Notes under the pieces: generated by a model
Databases searched by the model: none
Told to the model about the DNA's origin: nothing
The model's input: only the letters and a program-made list of their open reading frames with translations
Origin: Thermodesulfovibrio sp.
GTDB lineage: Bacteria; Nitrospirota; Thermodesulfovibrionia; Thermodesulfovibrionales; Thermodesulfovibrionaceae
Direction of reading: 5' to 3'
Length of the DNA stretch: 64,000 nt
Assembly: GCA_020725335.1 (NCBI GenBank)
Contig: DYFF01000020.1
Location: forward strand, 146,434 to 210,433
Program-made: the position numbers and the translations under genes
In this document: positions 26,189 through 35,121 of the stretch, piece by piece
Numbering within the stretch: position 1 is the stretch's first letter
How the letters are laid out: every line of letters starts with the position of its first letter

Positions 26189-27954
26189 TTTTTCAAAAAA
26201 TCAATAACTTTTTTTGCTAAGTTATCATTAAAACTTGGTAATTTAGCAAGTTCTTCAGGAGAGGCTTCTTTGATTTTTGATAGACTCTTGAATTGTCGAA
26301 GAAGAATTAGCCTTCTTTTTTTACCAATTCCAGGAATTTTCTCAAGCACTGATTCAAATTGACCTTTTGCTCTCAACTTCTTATGGTAAGTTATAGCAAA
26401 CCTATGAGCTTCATCCCTGATTTTTTTTAGCAAAAGAGAGGAAGGTTTTTTATCTTCAAGAGAAATTTCTTCCATGTCAAATGATATTACTCTATCTGGG
26501 TCCTTTGCTATAGCAAAAACCTTCAATTTTTCCTTGATTTCTCCAATTACTCTAATTGCTGTATTTAAATGTCCCTTACCTCCATCAATTAAAACTATGT
26601 CTGGTTTTGGAATACCTCCATCAGCGTCAAAATGCTTTATAATTCTGATCACAATTTCCCTCATTGAAGCATAGTCGTCTATTCCTTCTGTTTCCTTAAT
26701 TTTTAAATGTCTGTAGTATTTTTTGTTAAATGAGCCTTCTTCCCAATAGACAAAGCTACCTACTGAGTGTGTTCCAAAAAGTGTAGATACATCAAAGGCT
26801 GCTATCCTTCGAGGTGTCTCATCTAATTTTAATCTCTCCTTTATCTCATTTAAAGAAGTTTCAGCGGGGGATATATAATGAGTTAGATGAACTTTAGCAT
26901 TTTTAATTGACATTTCAAGGAGTCCCTTTTCCTCATCATTCTCTGGAGTTTTTATCTTAACCTCTCTTTCACCTATTTGGTTAAGCCATTTTATTATTTC
27001 CCTTTTATTTTCAGGTAGTATCTCAATTAAAATTACCTCAGGCGGTATAAGTGTTTCTTTTGAATAAAGAGATTGGAGGATGGAAAGTGTCAATTCTGAA
27101 AAGTTATCGAAAATCGCTTTTTTAATGAGATAATTCTTTGAACCAACTAATACTCCATTTCTGACAAAAAGAACATTAACGGATACTCTCATATTATCTA
27201 TGTAAATTCCTATTATATCTATATCTTGCATATTAGGAGATACAACTCTTTGTTGCTCAAAGATTCTTTCAAGTCTTCTAATCTGGTCTCTAATTTTTGC
27301 AGCTTCCTCAAATTTTAACTCATCACTTAGTTTTAGCATCTTATCTTTTAATTGTTGTAAGAGTTCTTTTTTTTGACCCTTAAGAAACATTATGACTGTC
27401 TCCACACCTTTTAAATATTCTTCCTTTGAAATTTTACCTGTACATGGCGCAGGACATCTTTTCATCTGAAACTGCACGCAGGGTCTCATAGGTTTGTTCA
27501 GATTGTATTTGCATGTCCGTATTGGAAAATTTTTACGGATAAATGACAAGGCTTCCCACATTGATTGAGCAGGTACGTATGGCCCGAAGTATAAGTTGCC
27601 GTCTTTCTTTATTTTCCGAACAACCTCTATTTTAGGCCAGTCCTCCTTAAGGGTGATTTTAAGATAGGGATAACTTTTGTCATCCCTTAGAAGAATATTG
27701 AATGGAGGTTTATGTTTTTTTATTAAATTTGCCTCAAGGACTAAAGCTTCAAATTCATTGGAAGTTACAATGTATGATAAATCATGCACCATTCCCATCA
27801 TTTTCGACTTTCTTGGGTCAAGTTCATCCCTGTTCAAGTAATTGCGAATACGGTTCTTTAAGTTTTTTGCTTTTCCTACGTATAGAACCTTACCTTTTTT
27901 ATCTTTGAAGATGTATACTCCCGGAAGATTGGAAATTTTTGAAATTTCTAACAT
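26185..27954 (-). CDS. uvrC: excinuclease ABC subunit C
   Basis: GIY-YIG module (PGVYIFKDKKGKVLYVGKAKNLKNR), a UVR domain (FEEAAKIRDQI), an endonuclease V-like domain and a C-terminal HhH (IPGIGKKRRLILL). Confidence 0.92.
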   Translation of the reverse strand: MLEISKISNLPGVYIFKDKKGKVLYVGKAKNLKNRIRNYLNRDELDPRKSKMMGMVHDLSYIVTSNEFEALVLEANLIKKHKPPFNILLRDDKSYPYLKITLKEDWPKIEVVRKIKKDGNLYFGPYVPAQSMWEALSFIRKNFPIRTCKYNLNKPMRPCVQFQMKRCPAPCTGKISKEEYLKGVETVIMFLKGQKKELLQQLKDKMLKLSDELKFEEAAKIRDQIRRLERIFEQQRVVSPNMQDIDIIGIYIDNMRVSVNVLFVRNGVLVGSKNYLIKKAIFDNFSELTLSILQSLYSKETLIPPEVILIEILPENKREIIKWLNQIGEREVKIKTPENDEEKGLLEMSIKNAKVHLTHYISPAETSLNEIKERLKLDETPRRIAAFDVSTLFGTHSVGSFVYWEEGSFNKKYYRHLKIKETEGIDDYASMREIVIRIIKHFDADGGIPKPDIVLIDGGKGHLNTAIRVIGEIKEKLKVFAIAKDPDRVISFDMEEISLEDKKPSSLLLKKIRDEAHRFAITYHKKLRAKGQFESVLEKIPGIGKKRRLILLRQFKSLSKIKEASPEELAKLPSFNDNLAKKVIDFLKK

Positions 27955-28017
27955 AATAATATATTAATATTTACCTAAATTTTTTCTCAAAATAACATCA
28001 GTTTGAGATAGACACGC

Positions 28018-28046
28018 CTTGACAAATTTTTTCAATATTAATAAAA
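28018..28046 (+). promoter_or_regulatory. sigma-70 type promoter for the XRE-cupin regulator gene
   Basis: TTGACA (28018-28023), a 17-nt spacer and TAAAAT (28041-28046), about 28 nt upstream of the GTG start. Confidence 0.5.
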
Positions 28047-28073
28047 TTGAATACTTAGAGGTAACCGTTTACC

Positions 28074-29336
28074 GTGCAAAAAGTATCTACAGGCATAAGT
28101 GGATTAGACAGCCTTATTGACTACATCTATCTTGGTGATAATGTCGTCTGGGAAGTGGATTCAGGCACTTCCTATGAGATATTTATAAAAAAATTCATAG
28201 AAACATCAGTAAAGGAATCAAAAGATATCATTTATATAAGCTACAACAAGTCAGTTCCTACTCTTTTAAAAGAGTTTGGTAATTATGTAAATGAAAAGTT
28301 CCACATAATTGATGGTTTTACCGCAGGTAAAGGCAAAAATGATGCAACTTTCCTAAGAAATTATGATGAAATAGTAAGCAAGACAAATATTACTAAACTA
28401 AAACAACCTTGCAATCTTGACGAGCTTACTGAAGCAATAGCCGATTTTGAAAATAAAGTAAACTCAGCAACTGTCTATGTTTTTGATAGCCTTACAGGAA
28501 TCCAAAATCTTGTCAAAGACGAAAGTCAAACTTACAGTTTTTTTACATACATGTGCCCAAGACTTTTTGACCTTGAAAGCATTGCCTATTGGATTTTAGA
28601 AAGAGACGCTCATAGTCAAAAGTTTAAGGCAAACATAAGACACATTACCCAAGTTGTATTAGAACTTTACAGAAGAAAGGATGATTTTATCCTTAAGGCA
28701 TTAAAGCTTGCAAGAAGAAAAAATCGCGACGCTCTTAAGCCTCACTTTTATGAAATAACTGAAAATGATGAGATATTAATTAAGACAACTACCGAATCAA
28801 TGCCTTCATTAGAGATTGGGAAGAAACTGAAGGAAATAAGAGTTTCAAAAAACATGAGTCAAAAAGAATTAGCAGAAAAAGTAAATTTAACTCCTGGCTT
28901 CATATCTCAGATGGAAAATAATCAAATTGTTCCATCCCTAAGTTCTTTCATCCAGATATGTGATGCACTCGGCATAAAGGCAAAAGACGTACTCAGTGAT
29001 GAAATAACAATAGAAAATCCGATAATAAAGAAAGAAAGTTTACTCTCAAAACCTTCTCAAAAATTCTCAAATTTTGAAGTCTATCATGTAATATCTAATA
29101 AAAATTTCACTGTTTCAATAATTATGATTCCGCCCGGCTCATTAATTAAAGGACATTTTCTGTCTAAAAAAGAGCCAGAAATTGTATTTATAGAGAAAGG
29201 TGAACTTACCGTGACTTTAAATGCTTCTAAATATAGCCTTAAAAAAGGAGACTTTCTTTATATCAACAAATCAGTACCTGAAAAATGGGAAAATAAAGGA
29301 GGTGAGAGGGCAGAAATAATTGTTTTAAGCAGTTGA
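28074..29336 (+). CDS. three-domain regulator: degenerate KaiC/RecA-like domain + XRE-family HTH + cupin
   Basis: The N-terminus STGISGLDSLI is KaiC/RadA-like, but the P-loop position reads DSGTSYE with no GxxGxGKT. A Walker B-like VYVFDSLT is retained. HTH_XRE is LKEIRVSKNMSQKELAEKVNLTPGFISQMENNQ. The C-terminal cupin is PPGSLIKGHF...GELTVTL...KKGDFLYI. Confidence 0.7.
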   Translation: MQKVSTGISGLDSLIDYIYLGDNVVWEVDSGTSYEIFIKKFIETSVKESKDIIYISYNKSVPTLLKEFGNYVNEKFHIIDGFTAGKGKNDATFLRNYDEIVSKTNITKLKQPCNLDELTEAIADFENKVNSATVYVFDSLTGIQNLVKDESQTYSFFTYMCPRLFDLESIAYWILERDAHSQKFKANIRHITQVVLELYRRKDDFILKALKLARRKNRDALKPHFYEITENDEILIKTTTESMPSLEIGKKLKEIRVSKNMSQKELAEKVNLTPGFISQMENNQIVPSLSSFIQICDALGIKAKDVLSDEITIENPIIKKESLLSKPSQKFSNFEVYHVISNKNFTVSIIMIPPGSLIKGHFLSKKEPEIVFIEKGELTVTLNASKYSLKKGDFLYINKSVPEKWENKGGERAEIIVLSS

Positions 29337-29455
29337 TTTTTTCTTATTTTTATTAAAAAGGCAAAAATTATCATTGATATTTTTTTGCCCAAAAGAGTTA
29401 GTAATACTAAACTAACTCACTAAAAATTTATCAATACTTTAGAGGAGGTAAAAGT

Positions 29456-31039
29456 ATGAGTGTAATTCCAGGTCAACCAAATGCAAGTTCAGCAACACAA
29501 ACTCGTAACAGGGTCTCTGACCCAGCCCCCTATTCAGGAATTTGTTCAGTATGCCTTGACGGATGCCCAGGTTTCTGTGAAGTGGGAAAATCTTCTTTTA
29601 GAGGAAGAGAGGTAATCTATCCAGCACCTTTTGGAAAAGTAACAGCAGGAGCAACCAAAAAATATCCTGTCGACTACTCCCATATTAATATCCAGGGAAC
29701 TTGTGTAGGAGCAGTAGGGATTGAGCCAGATCCAGATAAAGCAACATTCCCAGCAGCAAAAACTGAAAGAGAGATAGGAAAAAATCATAAAATTAAACTC
29801 CGCATTCCAATCTTCACCGGAGCTCTCGGCTCAACAGACATTGCAAAGGACAACTGGGAAGGTTTGGCAATAGGTGCAGCAATCTCGGGAATAATGGTTG
29901 TAATTGGTGAAAACATTGTTGGAATGGACCCTAAAGCAGAATTTGACAAAAAAGGAAAGGTAACAAAATCTCCTGAACTTGAAAGAAGAGTAAAATGCTT
30001 CAAAGATTGGTATGATGGATATGGAGAGATTATTTTACAGCAAAATGTTGAGGATACACGTCTTGCATCAGCAGAGTATGCCATTGAAAAGCTCGGTGTA
30101 AACTGCATTGAGCTTAAGTGGGGTCAAGGTGCAAAGAATATCGGAGGAGAGGTAAAGCTTAAAAGTCTGGAAAGAGCTCTTGAACTTAAGAAAAGAGGTT
30201 ACATTGTAGTGCCTGACCCAGAAGACCCTGTTGTTCAGAAAGCTTACAAAGCTGGTGAATTTAAAGAATTTGAAAGACATTCAAGGCTTGGCATGGTTGA
30301 ATATGATAGTTTTGAGAAGGCTGTGAAACATTACAGAAAAGCTGGTGCAAAGTTTATATCACTTAAAACAGGTGCATATAGAGTCACTGACCTCGCAAGG
30401 GCTCTTCGTTTTGCTTCTGACGCAGGAGTTGATCTCGTAACAATTGATGGTGCTGGTGGTGGAACAGGAATGAGCCCCTGGAGAATGATGAATGAATGGG
30501 GAATTCCCACCATATATCTTCAGGCAATTGCATATAATTTTGCTAAACAATTGGCTGCAAAGAAAAAATATGTACCAGATCTTGCAATAGCTGGCGGTTT
30601 CTCTCTTGAAGACCATATATTCAAAGCATTGGCACTTGGTGCACCATACTTCAAAGCAGTATGCATGGGAAGAGCATTAATGATTCCTGCATTTGTTGGT
30701 AAGCATATTCAAAAATGGTATGAAGATGGAAAACTTCCTGCTGATATAGGAAAATACGGTAACTCTGTTGAGGAAATATTCATAACTACTGAAGTTCTCA
30801 AGAATAAATATGGTAAAAAATTCAAACAGATTCCATGGGGTGCTATAGGCATGTACACCTTCATAGATAGACTTATCATAGGACTCAAACAACTTATGGC
30901 AGGTGCAAGGAAATTCTCTATTGAATACCTTGATAGAAATGACCTTGTATCTCTAACAAAAGAGGCTGCAGAAGTAACAGGTATTCCATACGTTATGGAA
31001 GCTGATATGGAGGAAGCTAAAAAAATCTTACTTGGATAG
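29456..31039 (+). CDS. glutamate synthase-related FMN-binding protein (GltB domain 2-like) with N-terminal Cys cluster
   Basis: N-terminal CSVCLDGCPGFC cluster. TIM-barrel FMN-domain motifs IDGAGGGTGMSPW and GGFSLEDHIFKALALGA are typical of GltS FMN-domain proteins. Strong SD GGAGGT. Confidence 0.8.
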   Translation: MSVIPGQPNASSATQTRNRVSDPAPYSGICSVCLDGCPGFCEVGKSSFRGREVIYPAPFGKVTAGATKKYPVDYSHINIQGTCVGAVGIEPDPDKATFPAAKTEREIGKNHKIKLRIPIFTGALGSTDIAKDNWEGLAIGAAISGIMVVIGENIVGMDPKAEFDKKGKVTKSPELERRVKCFKDWYDGYGEIILQQNVEDTRLASAEYAIEKLGVNCIELKWGQGAKNIGGEVKLKSLERALELKKRGYIVVPDPEDPVVQKAYKAGEFKEFERHSRLGMVEYDSFEKAVKHYRKAGAKFISLKTGAYRVTDLARALRFASDAGVDLVTIDGAGGGTGMSPWRMMNEWGIPTIYLQAIAYNFAKQLAAKKKYVPDLAIAGGFSLEDHIFKALALGAPYFKAVCMGRALMIPAFVGKHIQKWYEDGKLPADIGKYGNSVEEIFITTEVLKNKYGKKFKQIPWGAIGMYTFIDRLIIGLKQLMAGARKFSIEYLDRNDLVSLTKEAAEVTGIPYVMEADMEEAKKILLG

Positions 31040-31047
31040 GCATTTAA

Positions 31048-31072
31048 ATGGAGAGGCAAGTAGCCTCTCCAT
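31048..31072 (+). terminator. rho-independent terminator after the GltB-like gene
   Basis: ATGGAGAGGC-AAGTA-GCCTCTCCAT gives a 10-bp stem, followed by a T-rich tract. Confidence 0.7.
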
Positions 31073-31117
31073 TATCTATTCTTAATAGCTTGCCATATGG
31101 CAATTTTTTGCCGTATA

Positions 31118-31147
31118 TTGACAAAAAATTTTTAAAAAAAGTATAAT
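31118..31147 (+). promoter_or_regulatory. consensus sigma-70 promoter of the hydrogenase operon
   Basis: TTGACA (31118-31123), an 18-nt spacer and TATAAT (31142-31147). Both hexamers are perfect consensus. The ATG lies 27 nt downstream. Confidence 0.55.
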
Positions 31148-31173
31148 GGGGTATTCTTTCTTTTGGAAAAATT

Positions 31174-32241
31174 ATGAAGATTGAGCAATATAGAATCCTT
31201 GAAAAATCTCTAATAAATGAATTCATTGATAAGCTTACCAGTATATCTAAAGTATCAGCACCTGTATATAAAGGATTTAATAATTATGCTTTCCATGAAA
31301 TAAAATCCGCCGATGAAGTAAGTCTTAAATATATTCCTACAATAATTCCACCTAAAAAGTATTTTTTACCAATAAAAGAAACTTTATTGGATTTCAAAAA
31401 AGGAAATGAATTCAAAGTAGAACCAACAGTGGAGTATGATAATATTGTTCTTTTCGGCGTTCACACTTGTGATATATCAGGCATAAAGTGTCTTAACATG
31501 GTTTTATCTGATAAACCTAAGGACACAGGCTATCTAGTTAGAAAAAAACACATAACAATCATCGGACTGGAATGCAATGATTATTGTGATGAGTATGCAA
31601 GTTGCGCCTTTGTCGGTGCACACATACCAACAACAGGATATGATTTAATGTTCACTGAACTGACTGATTGCTTCATAATTCATATCCATTCATCAAAGGG
31701 TATGGATATAATTGAAAAAACAGGAATATTCAAGCCTGCTGATTCAAATAATATTGAAGAGCTTAAGGCATTGAGAAATAATAAATTGAGAATATTCAAT
31801 AATGAAATTCCAACAGAAAGAAGATATCTTCCAGATCTTTTTGATCGTTCCTTTAATGCCTCCGTTTGGAAAGAGCTTGAACAGAAGTGTCTCAGTTGTG
31901 GCAACTGCACAGCAGTTTGTCCTACATGTTACTGCTTTGACATAAAGGAGGACGTTGACCTCAGTTTGCAATCAGGGGAGAGATATAGATTGTGGTTTTC
32001 CTGTCAGCTTGACCCTTTTGCAAAAGTAGCAGGAGGAATAGATTTCCGTAGAGAAAGGTCTGCAAGACAAAGACACAGATTTTATAGAAAATTTAGATAT
32101 CACATTGACCGTTATGGTATGGTATTCTGCACAGGCTGTGGTAGATGTTCCCGGACCTGTATGGCAAAAATAAATCTTAAAGAAGTCCTTACTTCACTAA
32201 TAAGAGAATCCGAGGCAAAGATATGGCGAAAGTGGTTATAA
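31174..32241 (+). CDS. hydB: sulfhydrogenase-type (group 3b-like) hydrogenase beta subunit, 4Fe-4S protein (AsrA-like)
   Basis: Ferredoxin-type clusters CLSCGNCTAVCPTCYC and CTGCGRCSRTC. The gene order beta-gamma-delta-alpha matches the Pyrococcus-type hydBGDA. Confidence 0.75.
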   Translation: MKIEQYRILEKSLINEFIDKLTSISKVSAPVYKGFNNYAFHEIKSADEVSLKYIPTIIPPKKYFLPIKETLLDFKKGNEFKVEPTVEYDNIVLFGVHTCDISGIKCLNMVLSDKPKDTGYLVRKKHITIIGLECNDYCDEYASCAFVGAHIPTTGYDLMFTELTDCFIIHIHSSKGMDIIEKTGIFKPADSNNIEELKALRNNKLRIFNNEIPTERRYLPDLFDRSFNASVWKELEQKCLSCGNCTAVCPTCYCFDIKEDVDLSLQSGERYRLWFSCQLDPFAKVAGGIDFRRERSARQRHRFYRKFRYHIDRYGMVFCTGCGRCSRTCMAKINLKEVLTSLIRESEAKIWRKWL

Positions 32242-33059
32242 AAGATTCTCCATACAACCTCAAAAAAGCTAAAATTTTAGATGTTAAAACCTTAACTGAA
32301 AAAGAAAAATTGTTCAAATTAGTCTTTGAAGATAAAACATGGCTTGATTTTGAGCCTGGACAGTTTATAATGGTATCCCTTATGGGCATAGGAGAAATTC
32401 CTGTCTCTATATGCTCTTCACCTTTAAACAGACATTATTTTGAAATCTGTGTAAGAGCAGTTGGTAAGGTGACAAATTCGCTTCATAAATTAAAAACAGG
32501 AGACATAATCGGAGTAAGAGGTCCCTACGGTAACGGATTCCCAATTAAAATGATTGAAGGACATGATTTATTAATAATTGCTGGAGGATTGGGTATAGCT
32601 CCCTTGAGGTCTCTTATACTTTATTCCATTGATAATCGTAGAGACTTTGGTGAAATTCATATTCTGTTTGGATGTAAAACTCCGGGGGAACTTCTTTTTG
32701 AAGATGAAATTGAAGAATGGGGCAAAAGACTTGATATACACTTTGCCTGCACAGTTGACAGAGCAGACCCTGACTGGAAGGGAAATGTAGGCTTGATCAC
32801 CTCCCTTATTCCTGGAGTTGATATTGACCCTTTAAGAACCTATGCTGCGGTAGTAGGACCACCTGTAATGTATAAATTTGTCATAAAAGAGCTTTTGGCA
32901 AAGGGTTTACCCGTAGACCAAATTCTTCTGTCCTTTGAAAGACATATGAAATGTGGTATGGGAAAATGTGGTAGGTGTCAGATACAAAATCTTTACTGTT
33001 GTAAAGACGGACCTGTATTTACCTTTAAAGAAATAATGGATATGGCAGAGGCGCTTTAA
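32223..33059 (+). CDS. hydG: hydrogenase gamma subunit, FAD/NAD(P)-binding oxidoreductase with 2Fe-2S (AsrB/PyrK-like)
   Basis: FNR-like fold (PGQFIMVS, GPYGNGF, IAGGLGIAPL) and C-terminal CGMGKCGRCQ. Confidence 0.8.
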   Translation: MAKVVIKDSPYNLKKAKILDVKTLTEKEKLFKLVFEDKTWLDFEPGQFIMVSLMGIGEIPVSICSSPLNRHYFEICVRAVGKVTNSLHKLKTGDIIGVRGPYGNGFPIKMIEGHDLLIIAGGLGIAPLRSLILYSIDNRRDFGEIHILFGCKTPGELLFEDEIEEWGKRLDIHFACTVDRADPDWKGNVGLITSLIPGVDIDPLRTYAAVVGPPVMYKFVIKELLAKGLPVDQILLSFERHMKCGMGKCGRCQIQNLYCCKDGPVFTFKEIMDMAEAL

Positions 33060-33805
33060 TGAGTAAACCAAAGGTTGCATTTTTTGATTTTGCCTGTTGC
33101 GAAGGTTGTCAACTTCAGGTAGCTAATATCGGTGAGAGTCTTCTTGATATTCTTGATATCATTCAGGTTGTTGAATTTAGAGAAGTGATGTCAGAAAAAT
33201 GGGATGGTGAGTTTGATGTTTCCTTTGTCGAGGGAAGTATAACCGATGAACATGCTGTAGAAAGAATAAAAAAAATCAGAGAAAGAAGTAAAATCCTTGT
33301 TGCTCTCGGTTCCTGCGCTACAATTGGTGGGGTAAATGGTATGAAAAACTGCTTTCCCCTTGAAGAAGTCGGTAAATATGTCTATGGTGAATCCTATAAA
33401 TTCTTTCCAACACTTCAAACAAAAGCTGTTCATCAAGTAGTGCCTGTGGATTACTTTATAAACGGTTGCCCTGTATATCAACCAGAATTTATAACTGTTC
33501 TTAAATGCATTTTACAAGGTATTCCCTATTATGTGCCTGAATATCCCGTATGCGTGGAATGCAAACTTAACGAAAATGTATGCATGTATGATAGAGGCCT
33601 TACCTGTATGGGACCTGTAACAAAGGCAGGATGCAATTCCTGGTGCATTAACAATGGAAATATCTGCTACGGATGTAGAGGGCTTACAATAAATCCAAAC
33701 ACAGAAGGATTTAAAGAAGTATTGAAAAAATATAACATACCCGAAGATTTTTTAATGAAAAAAATAGAAATGTACAATAAGTGCAGGGAGTTGGATAAAC
33801 AGTGA
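33059..33805 (+). CDS. hydD: NiFe hydrogenase small (delta) subunit, group 3 type
   Basis: N-terminus VAFFDFACCEGCQ and GSCATIGG are proximal-cluster motifs. The C-terminal Cys-rich region carries further clusters. Confidence 0.85.
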   Translation: MSKPKVAFFDFACCEGCQLQVANIGESLLDILDIIQVVEFREVMSEKWDGEFDVSFVEGSITDEHAVERIKKIRERSKILVALGSCATIGGVNGMKNCFPLEEVGKYVYGESYKFFPTLQTKAVHQVVPVDYFINGCPVYQPEFITVLKCILQGIPYYVPEYPVCVECKLNENVCMYDRGLTCMGPVTKAGCNSWCINNGNICYGCRGLTINPNTEGFKEVLKKYNIPEDFLMKKIEMYNKCRELDKQ

Positions 33806-35121
33806 GTAAGAACATCAGCATCAATGTTAACTATCTTACAAGAGTTGAAGGACACGGAAATATCGTAGTTGAAGTTAAAGATGGAAAGCTGGAAATATGC
33901 AGACTCGAAATTGTTGAGTCTCCCCGTTTTTTTGAGGCTTTCTTAAGAGGTCGTTCTATCTATGAAGCACCGCATATAACAAGCAGAATCTGCGGAATCT
34001 GTGCCTGCGGGCATACTTTGGCATCAATTCAAGCAGCGGAGGATGCTTTAGGAATAAAACCTACTGATCAAACAATACTTTTAAGAAAGTTGCTCCTTCA
34101 TTATGAAGAACTTGACAGCCATATCCTTCACATATATCTTCTTGTTGCACCAGACCTTGTTGGTGTTCCAAGCTTTGTGCCTCTTATAAAGTCTCATCCC
34201 GATGTTGTAAGACGTGCCTTAAGAATGAAAAGGCTCTGTAATGAGCTTTGTGATATCCTTGTGGGTAGACATGTTCATCCTATAAGTGCAGTTGTTGGTG
34301 GCTTTACAAAACTTCCTTCTAAAACAGAGCTTGAAGAGATGCATAAGAGACTTGTGGAGCTTCAAAAAGATATGGAAGCAACTGTTGAACTTTTCAGAGG
34401 ATTAAATTTTCCTGAATTTGAGAGAGATACAGAGTATGTGGCTTTAGTCAATGATGAAGATGAGTATCCACTTCTTTATGGTGATATTGGCTCAACTGAC
34501 GGATACAGGGTAACTAAGTATGAATATAAAAATGTGACCAATGAATTCATAGTTCCATATGCCTCAGCAAAAAGAACAAAGTGGCACAGAGACTCCTATG
34601 CAGTAGGTGCTCTTGCAAGATTTAATCTTAATCATGAAAAGCTTCATCCAAAAGCAAAAGAGGCTGCAGTAACTTTAGGACTTAAACCAAAATGCATAAA
34701 TCCATATCTAAATACTGTTGCCCAGATAGTTGAATGTATTCATTGTATTGAAGACTCCATTAGAATTATAGAATTTCTCTGGCAAAAAGGAATCAACTAT
34801 GATGAAGTAGTTATTCCAGATATCAATGAAAGAGGTATTTTACCTCAACGCGCTGGAGAGGGAGTGGGTGCAGTCGAAGTCCCAAGGGGACTATTGATAC
34901 ACCATTATGAGTGCGATGAGAAAGGCATATTTAGAAATGCAAACTGTATTATTCCAACAAACCAGAATACCCACAACATAGAGCTTGACATGTTAAAACT
35001 TGTCCCCGAAATAATTACTCAGTCTCCTGACGAAATAAGGCTTAGCCTGGAGATGCTTGTTCGCGCCTATGACCCCTGTATTTCCTGTTCAGTCCATATG
35101 GTTGAAGTTAAAGTTAAATAA
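33802..35121 (+). CDS. hydA: NiFe hydrogenase large (alpha) subunit
   Basis: L1 motif RICGICACGH and L2 motif DPCISCSVH, followed by a short cleavable tail MVEVKVK. Cys, not Sec, is at the Ni ligands. Confidence 0.9.
   Translation: MSKNISINVNYLTRVEGHGNIVVEVKDGKLEICRLEIVESPRFFEAFLRGRSIYEAPHITSRICGICACGHTLASIQAAEDALGIKPTDQTILLRKLLLHYEELDSHILHIYLLVAPDLVGVPSFVPLIKSHPDVVRRALRMKRLCNELCDILVGRHVHPISAVVGGFTKLPSKTELEEMHKRLVELQKDMEATVELFRGLNFPEFERDTEYVALVNDEDEYPLLYGDIGSTDGYRVTKYEYKNVTNEFIVPYASAKRTKWHRDSYAVGALARFNLNHEKLHPKAKEAAVTLGLKPKCINPYLNTVAQIVECIHCIEDSIRIIEFLWQKGINYDEVVIPDINERGILPQRAGEGVGAVEVPRGLLIHHYECDEKGIFRNANCIIPTNQNTHNIELDMLKLVPEIITQSPDEIRLSLEMLVRAYDPCISCSVHMVEVKVK

Noticed and set aside
31098-31112. 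Possible sigma-54 promoter TGGCAA-N..-TGCC overlapping the palindrome upstream of the hydrogenase operon
   Set aside because: The GG to GC spacing is one nucleotide too short (G31100 to G31110 is 10 nt, where 11 is required). A perfect sigma-70 promoter lies just downstream. A similar near-miss at 21621-21635 upstream of flaG is one nucleotide too long.
34990-35121. Possible selenocysteine-containing hydrogenase large subunit
   Set aside because: The C-terminal Ni-ligand motif reads DPCISCSVH with ordinary Cys codons, and there is no in-frame TGA.
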